Origin: Phycisphaerales bacterium PN19_bin_20
Lineage (GTDB): Bacteria > Planctomycetota > Phycisphaerae > Phycisphaerales > UBA1924
NCBI GenBank assembly: GCA_021173225.1
Contig: JAJOLK010000016.1
Span: 21,034 to 85,033, forward strand
Reading direction: 5' to 3'
DNA: 64,000 nt
Of this stretch, positions 11,196 to 19,412 are shown in pieces (position 1 is the first letter of the stretch; the number at the start of each line of letters is the position of its first letter). Both the position numbers and the translations under genes were made by a program. The notes below the pieces were generated by a model. The model was given only the letters and a program-made list of their open reading frames with translations, was not told where the DNA came from and made no database searches.

Positions 11196-11425
11196 AATTC
11201 AGCCTTGCAGCGGCCTGATCTACCCCCAAGGCACCAACGCCTCGGCAAGCACATCACGCACGCAGCACGGGGGAAACTCGCTTGTCAACCCGGCCCCTCG
11301 CGCCCCCAAAGGACCGCGAAACGCCGAGCAGAAATCTAGTCGCGCCGGGGCCAAAGTCAAGAGCCATCCCTGACAACGCACCCAGCGTCAAGAAGCCCGC
11401 CGCCCGCCCGGCGGCCGCGCGCTAT

Positions 11426-11641
11426 TCACTTCACGAACGACAGGTTGCTCGTCCCACCCTGTGGCTTGCCGTGCAGACCAACCGGGCTCCCGTCCTTGCC
11501 GATGGTCCCGCCCGCCGTCGCCACAAACACGCACGCCACCGTCAGCGCCACCACCGCAAAGGCAAGGATGCCCGTGTACACGTCCATCGGTGCGGTTGTC
11601 CGGCGCAGGCCCCCCGGCATGTTCATTCCCATCTGGCTCAT
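11426..11641 (-). CDS. Small membrane protein (71 aa), hypothetical
   Basis: One clear TM segment (YTGILAFAVVALTVACVFVA). It lies 56 bp downstream of the coiled-coil gene on the same strand. Confidence 0.5.
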   Translation of the reverse strand: MSQMGMNMPGGLRRTTAPMDVYTGILAFAVVALTVACVFVATAGGTIGKDGSPVGLHGKPQGGTSNLSFVK

Positions 11642-11697
11642 GTGCTCTTCCTGTTCTGATCAACCAGCTTCTGGCCGACCGGGCTTCCGGACAACGC

Positions 11698-12579
11698 TCA
11701 GTTCACGCGCGAGAGCACAAGGTCGTTGGCCAACACGTCAACGCTCCGACCAAGACGATCGATCCGCCCGGCCGACTCGCTCGCATCCACCACCGTCAGC
11801 ACCAAAGACGCGACGAACTTCCCGTCACGCACGATGCTCAGACGCTGACCGACCTTCAAACCCGATGACCCGCCCACCGTGATGAACGCCAGGTCCTCGC
11901 CGTTCTCCGCACGTGTGATCGTCCGAACACGTCCAGTCACCAGCGGGCCCGCGGCCTCAAACCCCGAGGCCACCGCCGCCGCCGCGCCGCTCGCCGCCGA
12001 AGTGCCCGACGCCAGCGTCTGCCCCGCCGAACGCTCCATCGCGGTCCTGGTCTCGGCCAGCTGCTCCTGCAGGGCCCGCACGTTCTGCGTCAGCACCTGG
12101 TTCTGTGCCTCAAGCTCGCTCAGACGCTCAGTCATCTCGGCCTCGCGCTTCGCTGTCGAGATCGTCTTGTCACGCAGCGTGGTCACCTCGCCAGTCAGCG
12201 TGTCAACCAGCTTGGTGCTGGTCTGCACGACCTGATCCTTGCCCGCGGCCTGGTTGCGGAACCGCTCGGCGTTCAGCCGCGCATCACGCACCTCCGCCAG
12301 CAGCGTCTTGCGCTCCGCCTGCAAGCTGTTAATCTCCGTAGCCAGACGCGTCGCCTCAGACTGGGCCGCGTCCTGCGCCGCCTTCCGGGTTGAGATCTCG
12401 CCCTGGTTCTTGGTCCGCTCCAGGTCCAGCTCAGACTGCGAGGCCATCCGCATCGACCGCTCCGCGTCCACGCTGGCCCGGATCGTCGCCGCGTTGGCCG
12501 CAAAGGCCATCGACAGCGCCGCAAGGACCACCGCCAGCAAGGCGCCCAGAACGACCAGAATCTTGGTAAGCAGGTTCAC
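11698..12579 (-). CDS. Membrane-anchored coiled-coil protein, hypothetical
   Basis: GTG start with a strong GAGGAG 6 nt upstream. N-terminal TM ILVVLGALLAVVLAALSMAFA, about 190 aa of heptad-like Q/E/R/A-rich sequence, then a C-terminal beta-rich domain. Confidence 0.75.
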   Translation of the reverse strand: MNLLTKILVVLGALLAVVLAALSMAFAANAATIRASVDAERSMRMASQSELDLERTKNQGEISTRKAAQDAAQSEATRLATEINSLQAERKTLLAEVRDARLNAERFRNQAAGKDQVVQTSTKLVDTLTGEVTTLRDKTISTAKREAEMTERLSELEAQNQVLTQNVRALQEQLAETRTAMERSAGQTLASGTSAASGAAAAVASGFEAAGPLVTGRVRTITRAENGEDLAFITVGGSSGLKVGQRLSIVRDGKFVASLVLTVVDASESAGRIDRLGRSVDVLANDLVLSRVN

Positions 12580-12592
12580 TTGCGACTCCTCA

Positions 12593-12635
12593 AAAGCCCG
12601 TTGCGGGCCCGATGACCAAAGCCCGTTGCGGGCCC
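12593..12635. repeat. Two direct copies (25-bp period) of AAAGCCCGTTGCGGGCCC, each a small GCCCG/CGGGC hairpin
   Basis: Copies at 12593-12610 and 12618-12635. On the minus strand each reads GGGCCCGCAACGGGCTTT(T). They lie between the HEAT-repeat gene and the coiled-coil gene, just 5' of the latter's RBS. Confidence 0.7.
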
Positions 12636-12867
12636 AGTTGACTCAATCCGGCCCGACCATCCACCAACACCAGCCCCGCCACATCACCAGGCCGCCCGCG
12701 CACCCAGCGAAGAGGCCGACGGTAGGCAGCGACAGTAGTACCTGAAAGCCAACCCAACTTCAAGTCGGGCCCGCCGTGCCGCCAGAACCTCAACACCTTG
12801 GACCGGAAGGGTTTACGAGCCCCGCCCGCCCGCTGTTGCAGCCAACGGTCGGCAACCCGCCCCAACC

Positions 12868-14001
12868 CTACCTACCTCTGGCCGAAACCTCGGTGATCTT
12901 CAGCACCGCCGCCGCCGCCGAAATCTGCACCAGCGCCTGCGGATCGTCCAGCAGCGGGGCCAGCAGGGCCAGCACCTTGGTCTGCCCGCTCTCGCCCAGC
13001 ACCATCGCCGCCTGGGCCCGGTGCGCGGGGTTCTCAGCCGCCAGATGCTTCTGCGCCAGATCCAACGCCTGCTCCTCGCGCGGGCTAGAAACACTGTCCA
13101 TCCGCGCCAAGCTCGCCGCCGCCGCCAAACGCACCTCAATTGGCATCGGGCGCCCCTGCTCCCAGTTGTCCGCCAAAAGCGCCCTCAGGTTCGGACGGCT
13201 CGCCTCGTCACGCACCTGCCCCAGAATCTGCGCCGCCAGCGCGCACGCCTCCAAGTCCTCGGGCCGCGCCGGATACAACGCCGCACGCACCTCGCCAATC
13301 GCCTCGGTCTTCTCAAGCTTCACCAGCGCCTCGGCGATCTGCAGCCGCATCAGCCGGTCGCGCACCGCGTCCGCCCGCACCGCCGGCGCACCCGAGGCTT
13401 CCAGCAGCATCGGCACCGCCGAGGCGTTCCGCATCTCACCGAGCAAAAACGCCGCGTGCGCCCGCACGTGCATCGGCCCGTCGCTCAGCATCGACGCCAG
13501 CGGCGTCGGGTCCACCGTCACCCCCAGCCGCGACAGCGCATACAACGCCGACGCCCGCACCAAGGGCGAATCGTCGTTCAGCAGCGGACGCACGTGGTCC
13601 ACCAGCCGCGTCAGCTTCGCACGCCCGGCCACCAGCGCCGCCACGCTCCGAACACCCTGGCTGCTGCTGGTCATCCCCAGGCGCGCCGCACTCTCTAACC
13701 GCGCAGGCAACGGCAGCAGCGCCTCCAGCGCGTTAGCCTGCTGCTCAGGCTGCCCCTTCACCGCGTACTCAATCAGCAGCCCCGCCGCACGCTCACGAAG
13801 CTTCATCGCGCTCGTCAAGTCCGCACCCGCACCAGTACCCGAGCCAGACGCAGGCGGCGCAAACCCACGCTCCGCTGCCAGCACCACGCCCCCCACCCCC
13901 CACACACCACCACCACCATCACCAACCACCAGCACGCCGCCGGCGGCCACCGCCATCATCACAGCGGCGCGGACTCGGAAGCTCGGGCTCTGGCTAGGCA
14001 T
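12868..14001 (-). CDS. HEAT-repeat protein
   Basis: Repeated helical units of the form D.SP.VRA.A..AL..LG: DDSPLVRASALYALSRLG, GPMHVRAHAAFLLGEMR, ENPAHRAQAAMVLGESG, DPQALVQISAAAAVL. Confidence 0.75.
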   Translation of the reverse strand: MPSQSPSFRVRAAVMMAVAAGGVLVVGDGGGGVWGVGGVVLAAERGFAPPASGSGTGAGADLTSAMKLRERAAGLLIEYAVKGQPEQQANALEALLPLPARLESAARLGMTSSSQGVRSVAALVAGRAKLTRLVDHVRPLLNDDSPLVRASALYALSRLGVTVDPTPLASMLSDGPMHVRAHAAFLLGEMRNASAVPMLLEASGAPAVRADAVRDRLMRLQIAEALVKLEKTEAIGEVRAALYPARPEDLEACALAAQILGQVRDEASRPNLRALLADNWEQGRPMPIEVRLAAAASLARMDSVSSPREEQALDLAQKHLAAENPAHRAQAAMVLGESGQTKVLALLAPLLDDPQALVQISAAAAVLKITEVSARGR

Positions 14002-14172
14002 GTTCGTACTCTCGGCAAGTCAGAAGATCATTCGCGGCAGCTCACCATCGTCGCCTGCCACATCGCTCGTCAAATCGCTCGTCACAACGTTCGCCACGCC
14101 AAGGCGGTTCGATGCAACTCTATCGGCCACCGCACCCCGCCCGCCCGATCCACCGCCACCTACCTTCACCTC

Positions 14173-14865
14173 ATGCCCCAGCAGCACGACGGCTTCGTCT
14201 CCCGCGGCGGCATCAAGCTCCAACACGCCCTCGCCGCCTTCAAACTCAGCCCCGCCGCCCTCCGCTGCGCTGACCTCGGCTGCTCCACCGGCGGCTTCAC
14301 AGACTGCCTCCTCCAGCACCACGCACAGCACGTCATCAGTGTTGACACCGGCTACGGCGTCCTCGCCTACAAGCTCCGCTCAGACCCACGCGTGACCACC
14401 ATCGAACGCGCCAACGCCCTCCACACGCGCCCGCCCAACCAACCCGACGGCTCTCCAGACCTCTGTGACTTAGTCGTCCTTGACCTCAGCTGGACGCCCC
14501 AGCGCCTCGCCATCCCCGCCGCACTCGCCTGGCTCAAGCCGCACGGGCAGATCATCACGCTCATCAAGCCGCATTATGAGCTGGCCGACATCGAGCCTCA
14601 TAACCCCGCCCTCCGCCGCCAGCACCACCACGTCCACCCTGCCCCCCAACCTGCCCCCAACAGCGCCCCCAACTCACCGCCACCGCTCCGCGCCGGCGTC
14701 TTGACTGACCAGCTCGCCGCCGACGTCAAACAGCGCGTCCTGAACCTGCTCCCCGCACTCGGCGTCCGCGTCGTCGCCTGCACCCAGTCACCCATCCGCG
14801 GCGGCGCGAAGGGCGACGGCAACACCGAGTTCCTCGCATTGCTTGCGCCCGCATACTCCACCTAG
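14173..14865 (+). CDS. tlyA: TlyA-family (FtsJ-like) rRNA 2'-O-methyltransferase, apparently without the N-terminal S4 domain
   Basis: FVSRGGIKLQHAL, SAM motif DLGCSTGGFTDCLL, VVLDLSW, LIKPHYE. The ORF starts immediately before the VSRGG motif. A Pro/His-rich insertion lies at about 14590-14700. Confidence 0.75.
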   Translation: MPQQHDGFVSRGGIKLQHALAAFKLSPAALRCADLGCSTGGFTDCLLQHHAQHVISVDTGYGVLAYKLRSDPRVTTIERANALHTRPPNQPDGSPDLCDLVVLDLSWTPQRLAIPAALAWLKPHGQIITLIKPHYELADIEPHNPALRRQHHHVHPAPQPAPNSAPNSPPPLRAGVLTDQLAADVKQRVLNLLPALGVRVVACTQSPIRGGAKGDGNTEFLALLAPAYST

Positions 14866-14930
14866 CCGCGCCTCCTAGCCGCGCCTACTTGCCGCGCGCG
14901 GCCAGCCGCGTCACGTACCCGCGCGCGTTC

Positions 14931-15311
14931 CTACCGCTCCTGCGGCGGACCAGCGCCCACCTCGCCCGCGCTCGCAACCTTCATCCCTCGGTCCAGAAGC
15001 ACGCTCAACCCAACCGCCACCACGCACGCCAGCACCAGCGCCCACCACCACGCCAGCTTCACAAACGGATGGTCGCTCCCCGCAGGCAGCGTCCACGCAA
15101 TCGCGTGCACACCCAGCGCAAGCTGCACCAGCGCCGAGACCAGCACCGTCGGCACGCTGATCCCAAACCGCGCTATCAGCCCCGCATCACGCGCCCGCGC
15201 AAGTGTCAAAAAGCCCCCCCACACCAGCGGCACGCTCAGCACCAAAAGCAGCCACTGCCACCACGCCATCCCCGCAGACCACCGGGCCAGCCAGGCGCTC
15301 ACGTCCGCCAT
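14931..15311 (-). CDS. Small integral membrane protein (127 aa), hypothetical
   Basis: Three or four hydrophobic segments follow MADVSAWLARW.... I chose the ATG at 15311 because the track start at 15497 overlaps the upstream Memo-like gene by 157 bp. Confidence 0.55.
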   Translation of the reverse strand: MADVSAWLARWSAGMAWWQWLLLVLSVPLVWGGFLTLARARDAGLIARFGISVPTVLVSALVQLALGVHAIAWTLPAGSDHPFVKLAWWWALVLACVVAVGLSVLLDRGMKVASAGEVGAGPPQER

Positions 15312-15340
15312 TACCGTGCCCCAGCTCAAAGCCCCCCCAC

Positions 15341-16720
15341 TCAAAGCATCGCGCCCGCCACAGACGTCACCATGCTCATCCCCTCGGGGTCCATCGCCGC
15401 CGCGTAGTTCAGCAGCTTTACGTCCTTGGGCTCGGTGATCCGCAGCGTCGCAATCAGGTTGCCCGTGCTGCACCAGCGCGTCGGGTTCTGCTGCCACGCC
15501 ATAGACGCAATCAGCTCCGGCACACGGCTGTTCGCCACATGCGTCAGAAGCTCCTGATCGTGCTGGAACACCTTGTTCCGCGCGCTCACCGCCGGCTCAG
15601 CGTCGCCCGCCAGCGGGGCCTGATCGCCAAACGCCGGCCCGCAGTGGCTCAGGTCCGCGCTCGCCACCACCAGCGTCCGCCCCGGCAGCTCCGCGATCGC
15701 CGCACGCATCGCCTCGACAAACGGGTCCAGCGCCAGCCCCGCGCCGTCGTAGCTCTCGCCGTTGTTCACCGCCGGATCATGCACCAGCACGCCCAGCACC
15801 TTGGGAAACTTCCCATCAGCCCCAACCCCAAACACGTGCTGCACCCACGGGATCTGCAGCTCAACGCTGTGCTCGCGCTCGTGGTCGTACCGGTTCGCCA
15901 GCAGCTTCTGGGCGTTCTCAGCCCCCAGCTTGCCCTTGACCTTCTCGAGCAGCTCCGCGTCAACCTCGCACACGCCAAGGGCCGTCTCGTACCCCTTGTC
16001 GCACGCGCACACGCCGGTCGAAAGCCCAAAGTGGTTCGTGCCAAGGATCACCACGCGGTCGGGCCGCTCCGCCACGCGCAGCCGCCCGTAGATCCCTGCA
16101 TAGTTCAGCCAGCCGCGCCCATAGTCCAGGTGCGGCGCGATGATCGCCTTGGGCAGGTCGTTCCACCCAGGGTCTGCCGCGTCCTTTAGCGCCGCCGCGA
16201 TGAACTGGTCCAGCCCCTCGCGCAGACGCTTGACCCCATACGCGGCCTTCTCCTCCTCGCCCGCCTCTTTGCTCAACTGGCCCTGCTCCTGCCCGTCGGC
16301 CACAAGCTGGTCCACAAAGTTCGCCGTGCTCGCCGGCGGCAGCGTCGGGTGCTTGTCAAACTCCTCACGCATCTTCGCCAGCATCGCCTGGAACATCGGG
16401 CCCTCGATCAGCCCCGCGTCGTCAAGCTGCGCAACGATCTGCTCCATCACCGCCCGCGTCAGCCCGCGACCAACCTCCTGCACCAACCCGTCCAGATCGC
16501 GCGAGCCGTCCATCAGCGGCAGCACCAACTGCACCGCCGGCAACATTAAGCACACCTTGTCGCTGATCTGCGTCGCGTCCGCCACGCCCAGCATGTCCAC
16601 CGTGTTCCCCTCGGGCGTCTGCGCCCGCGCCGGAAAACCCCGAACAGGACGCAAACGCGGGCGCTGCTGGTGGCTCGCACTCGGATCAAACGGCGGGTAA
16701 GGCTGGGCCGATGGTTGCAT
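15341..16720 (-). CDS. MEMO1 / AmmeMemoRadiSam system protein B family enzyme with an N-terminal extension of about 190 aa
   Basis: IIAPHLDYGRG, VVILGTNHFG, EREHSVELQIPWVQHVF and ASADLSHCGPAFGD are typical Memo-family motifs. The N-terminal part contains LPLMDGSRDLDGLVQEVGRGLTRAVMEQIVAQLDDAGLIEG. Start chosen at ATG 16720. Confidence 0.8.
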   Translation of the reverse strand: MQPSAQPYPPFDPSASHQQRPRLRPVRGFPARAQTPEGNTVDMLGVADATQISDKVCLMLPAVQLVLPLMDGSRDLDGLVQEVGRGLTRAVMEQIVAQLDDAGLIEGPMFQAMLAKMREEFDKHPTLPPASTANFVDQLVADGQEQGQLSKEAGEEEKAAYGVKRLREGLDQFIAAALKDAADPGWNDLPKAIIAPHLDYGRGWLNYAGIYGRLRVAERPDRVVILGTNHFGLSTGVCACDKGYETALGVCEVDAELLEKVKGKLGAENAQKLLANRYDHEREHSVELQIPWVQHVFGVGADGKFPKVLGVLVHDPAVNNGESYDGAGLALDPFVEAMRAAIAELPGRTLVVASADLSHCGPAFGDQAPLAGDAEPAVSARNKVFQHDQELLTHVANSRVPELIASMAWQQNPTRWCSTGNLIATLRITEPKDVKLLNYAAAMDPEGMSMVTSVAGAML

Positions 16721-16921
16721 AGTCAAGGCTTCCTGAGCAGGTGAAGCCCATCCTACGCCCACGCACCCACTCAAACCCACCAACACACCCACACCAGCTC
16801 CCCAACCACCTCCCCCGCTGGCCCCACCGCTGGCCCCACCAACACGGCGCGTCTACTATCTCGACCCTGCCCGGAGCGAACTCGCCCCGGCAGCGACCAG
16901 ACCTTTCGACGGAGCAACACC

Positions 16922-17248
16922 ATGTCCGATGTCATCAGCGCCCTCAAGCCCGGCCAGAACATCACCTGCACCGTCGCCAAGATCCCCACCTGGTCCGACG
17001 GCATCACCACTATCGAGCGCCTTATGCGCCGCAACCCTGTGGTCGCCAAGGGCCTTAGGAAGGCCCATCGCCAGCGCCAGCAGACCCTCAACGTCTACAT
17101 CCGCGGCAACCGTGACTGGACCAGCCGCGTCAAGTGCGGCAAGATCGCCCGCGTCACCCCCGGCGCCACCTGGACCATGCCCTTTGACTTCTCCATCAAG
17201 CACGACCTCGCCTCCGTCGCCGAGTGCTTGACCATCTCCAACGCCTAA
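16922..17248 (+). CDS. Hypothetical protein (108 aa)
   Basis: Clean ORF divergent from the Memo-like gene and followed by a strong intrinsic terminator. No recognisable family. Confidence 0.65.
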   Translation: MSDVISALKPGQNITCTVAKIPTWSDGITTIERLMRRNPVVAKGLRKAHRQRQQTLNVYIRGNRDWTSRVKCGKIARVTPGATWTMPFDFSIKHDLASVAECLTISNA

Positions 17249-17284
17249 CTAGCGCGGCCAACAACATCCCAGCGCCTTCCGAAG

Positions 17285-17315
17285 AGCGGGTTTTCGAACC
17301 CGCTTTCTTGTTTTT
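17285..17315 (+). terminator. Rho-independent terminator
   Basis: AGCGGGTT-TTCG-AACCCGCT followed by TTCTTGTTTTT. Confidence 0.8.
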
Positions 17316-17330
17316 GCCGCCGCCTATACG

Positions 17331-17396
17331 CCTCGCGTGAGGCAGGATTCCATCCTGCCTTGCCTTTACCTCGCGTGGGGTGGATTCCATCCTGCC
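17331..17396 (+). repeat. Two copies of the REP-like family 1 hairpin element
   Basis: cctcgcgtgaGGCAGGATtccATCCTGCC (17341-17359) and tcgcgtggGGTGGATtccATCCTGCC (17371-17396). Confidence 0.8.
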
Positions 17397-17504
17397 ATCG
17401 GGCCAACCGCCCGCCCCTCATCGCTCTCGCTCGTCGCTCATCACTCATCGCTCACCATCATCTGCGATACCAACAAGTAACCCCGGCGCTACCTTCACTT
17501 CATC

Positions 17505-19202
17505 ATGAGCAACCCTGTCGGAGCGACGCCCAAAGGCCCCGCCGTCCTGATCATCCGCGACGGCTGGGGTGAGAACCCGCACCCCGCGCACGACGCCTTC
17601 AACGCCGCCCTGATCGCGCGGCGGCGCGGGCTCACGCCCTGCGACGACCAGCTCCGCGCACGCTGGCCCTGGACGTACGTCAAAACCTGCGGGCTTGACG
17701 TCGGCGTGCCCCCCGATCAGACCGGCAACAGCGAGGTCGGCCACCAGAACATCGGCGTTGGCCGCATCGTCGATCAAGAGGTCGTCCGTGTCTCCAAGGC
17801 GTGCGATTCGGGCGCGATCGCGCACAACCCCGCCATCGCCGGTGCCATCAGCGCCGCCAAAGGCGCGGGCAGAGCGCTGCACCTGATGGGCATCGCCAGC
17901 GACGCGGGCGTGCACGGGCTGCTCAGCCACCTTTACGCGCTGCTGCGGGCCGCCAAGGCCGCCGGGCAAGACAAGGTCTTCATTCACCTGTTTACCGACG
18001 GGCGCGACACGCCCCCGCAGTCAGGCCGCGGCTTCGTGCAAGAGGTCGAGCGCACGTGTGCGCAGCTCGGCGTGGGCCGCGTCGTCACCCTTTCGGGCCG
18101 CTACTACGCCATGGACCGCGACTTCCGCTGGGAGCGCGTCAAGCTCGCGTACGACGCGCTGACCACGCAGACCACCACATCGCGCTTCGCAACCGCCGAT
18201 GCCGCTATCGCCGCCTTCTACGCCGCGCCCACCAGCGCCAGCATGGGCGGTGATGAGTTCATCACCCCGCGCATCATCGCCGCCACTGACCAAGACGCGC
18301 AGGCCACGCGCATCACCACCGGCGACAGCGTGATCTTCTACAACTACCGCGGCGACCGCCCGCGCGAGCTGGCCATGGCCTTTGTCATGGCCGACCACGC
18401 CTGGGCAAACGTCAAGCCCAGCCCAGACTCAGGCCACCGCGGCTTTGACCGAGGCACACGCCCTCAAACCCACTTTGTCGCCATGACGGCCTGGAGCCAG
18501 GACCTCGCCCTGCTCATGCACGTCGCCTTCGACAAACCACTTAAACTCGAGCTGATCGCCGGCGAGTTGTTCGCAAACGCCGGGCTCACGCAGCTCCGCG
18601 TCGCTGAGACCGAGAAGTTCCCGCACGTCACGTTCTTCTTCAACGACTACCGCGAGGCGCCGTTCCCCGGCGAGTCGCGCGTCAACCCGCCCAGCCCGCG
18701 CGTCAGCACCTACGACCAGAAGCCCGAGATGTCCGCCCCCGCCGTGCGCGACGCCGTGCTCGCGGCACTCGCGCATCCCACGCCCCCGAGCGTGATTGTG
18801 GTCAACTTTGCCAACTGCGACATGGTCGGGCACACCGGCAAGCTCGAGCCCGCGGTGCAGGCCGTCGCCGTCACTGACGCGTGCGTCGCCGCGATCATCG
18901 ACGCAACCCTTGCCCTTGGCGGGCGGCTGATCGTCACCGCCGACCACGGCAACTGCGAGCAGATGTTCGACCCCATCTCGAACAGCCCGCACACCGCGCA
19001 CACCATGTACGACGTCCCGCTCTACGTCGTCAGCCCCCTGCACGCGCAGCGCACGCTCCGTGGCGACCAGGACCGCGCCGGGTTCCTCAGCCCCGCGGCC
19101 CGCGCCGCACGCGGCCGCCTGGCCGACGTGGTACCAACCTTGCTTGAGCTCATGAACATGCCCCAGCCCGCGGCCATGACCGGCAAGAGCCTGCTGGTGT
19201 GA
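17505..19202 (+). CDS. gpmI: 2,3-bisphosphoglycerate-independent phosphoglycerate mutase
   Basis: LIIRDGWG, NSEVGHQNIGVGRIV, FTDGRDTPP, SGRYYAMDRDFRWERV, ANCDMVGHTG, TADHGNCE. Confidence 0.92.
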   Translation: MSNPVGATPKGPAVLIIRDGWGENPHPAHDAFNAALIARRRGLTPCDDQLRARWPWTYVKTCGLDVGVPPDQTGNSEVGHQNIGVGRIVDQEVVRVSKACDSGAIAHNPAIAGAISAAKGAGRALHLMGIASDAGVHGLLSHLYALLRAAKAAGQDKVFIHLFTDGRDTPPQSGRGFVQEVERTCAQLGVGRVVTLSGRYYAMDRDFRWERVKLAYDALTTQTTTSRFATADAAIAAFYAAPTSASMGGDEFITPRIIAATDQDAQATRITTGDSVIFYNYRGDRPRELAMAFVMADHAWANVKPSPDSGHRGFDRGTRPQTHFVAMTAWSQDLALLMHVAFDKPLKLELIAGELFANAGLTQLRVAETEKFPHVTFFFNDYREAPFPGESRVNPPSPRVSTYDQKPEMSAPAVRDAVLAALAHPTPPSVIVVNFANCDMVGHTGKLEPAVQAVAVTDACVAAIIDATLALGGRLIVTADHGNCEQMFDPISNSPHTAHTMYDVPLYVVSPLHAQRTLRGDQDRAGFLSPAARAARGRLADVVPTLLELMNMPQPAAMTGKSLLV

Positions 19203-19345
19203 GCTGCAAACGCCGCGGCTGTGCGCTCAAACCTGTATCTGCGCCAGGATCGACGCCGAAGGGCTGGTGGTACCGGCGGGTGGGTCGTCGCGCGCGTGCG
19301 GCAGCCGCGGTCTAATGGCCTCTGGCGCGATCGGCGTTTTTACAA

Positions 19346-19376
19346 TGAAAAAGGGGCAGGCCTGAGCCCGCCCCTT
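19346..19376 (-). terminator. Rho-independent terminator of the 19413-21140 gene
   Basis: The minus strand reads AAGGGGC-GGGCTCAGGCCT-GCCCCTT followed by TTTTCATTGTAAAAA. Confidence 0.7.
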
Positions 19377-19412
19377 GGTGCAAGTTGTCGTCTCGCGGCG
19401 CGCCGGCTGGTC

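Noticed and set aside
12776-14395. 539-aa plus-strand ORF overlapping the HEAT-repeat gene and the tlyA start
   Set aside because: The product is Ser/Ala/Pro/Thr low-complexity with no motifs. The opposite strand gives clear HEAT repeats, and the downstream part conflicts with the TlyA frame.
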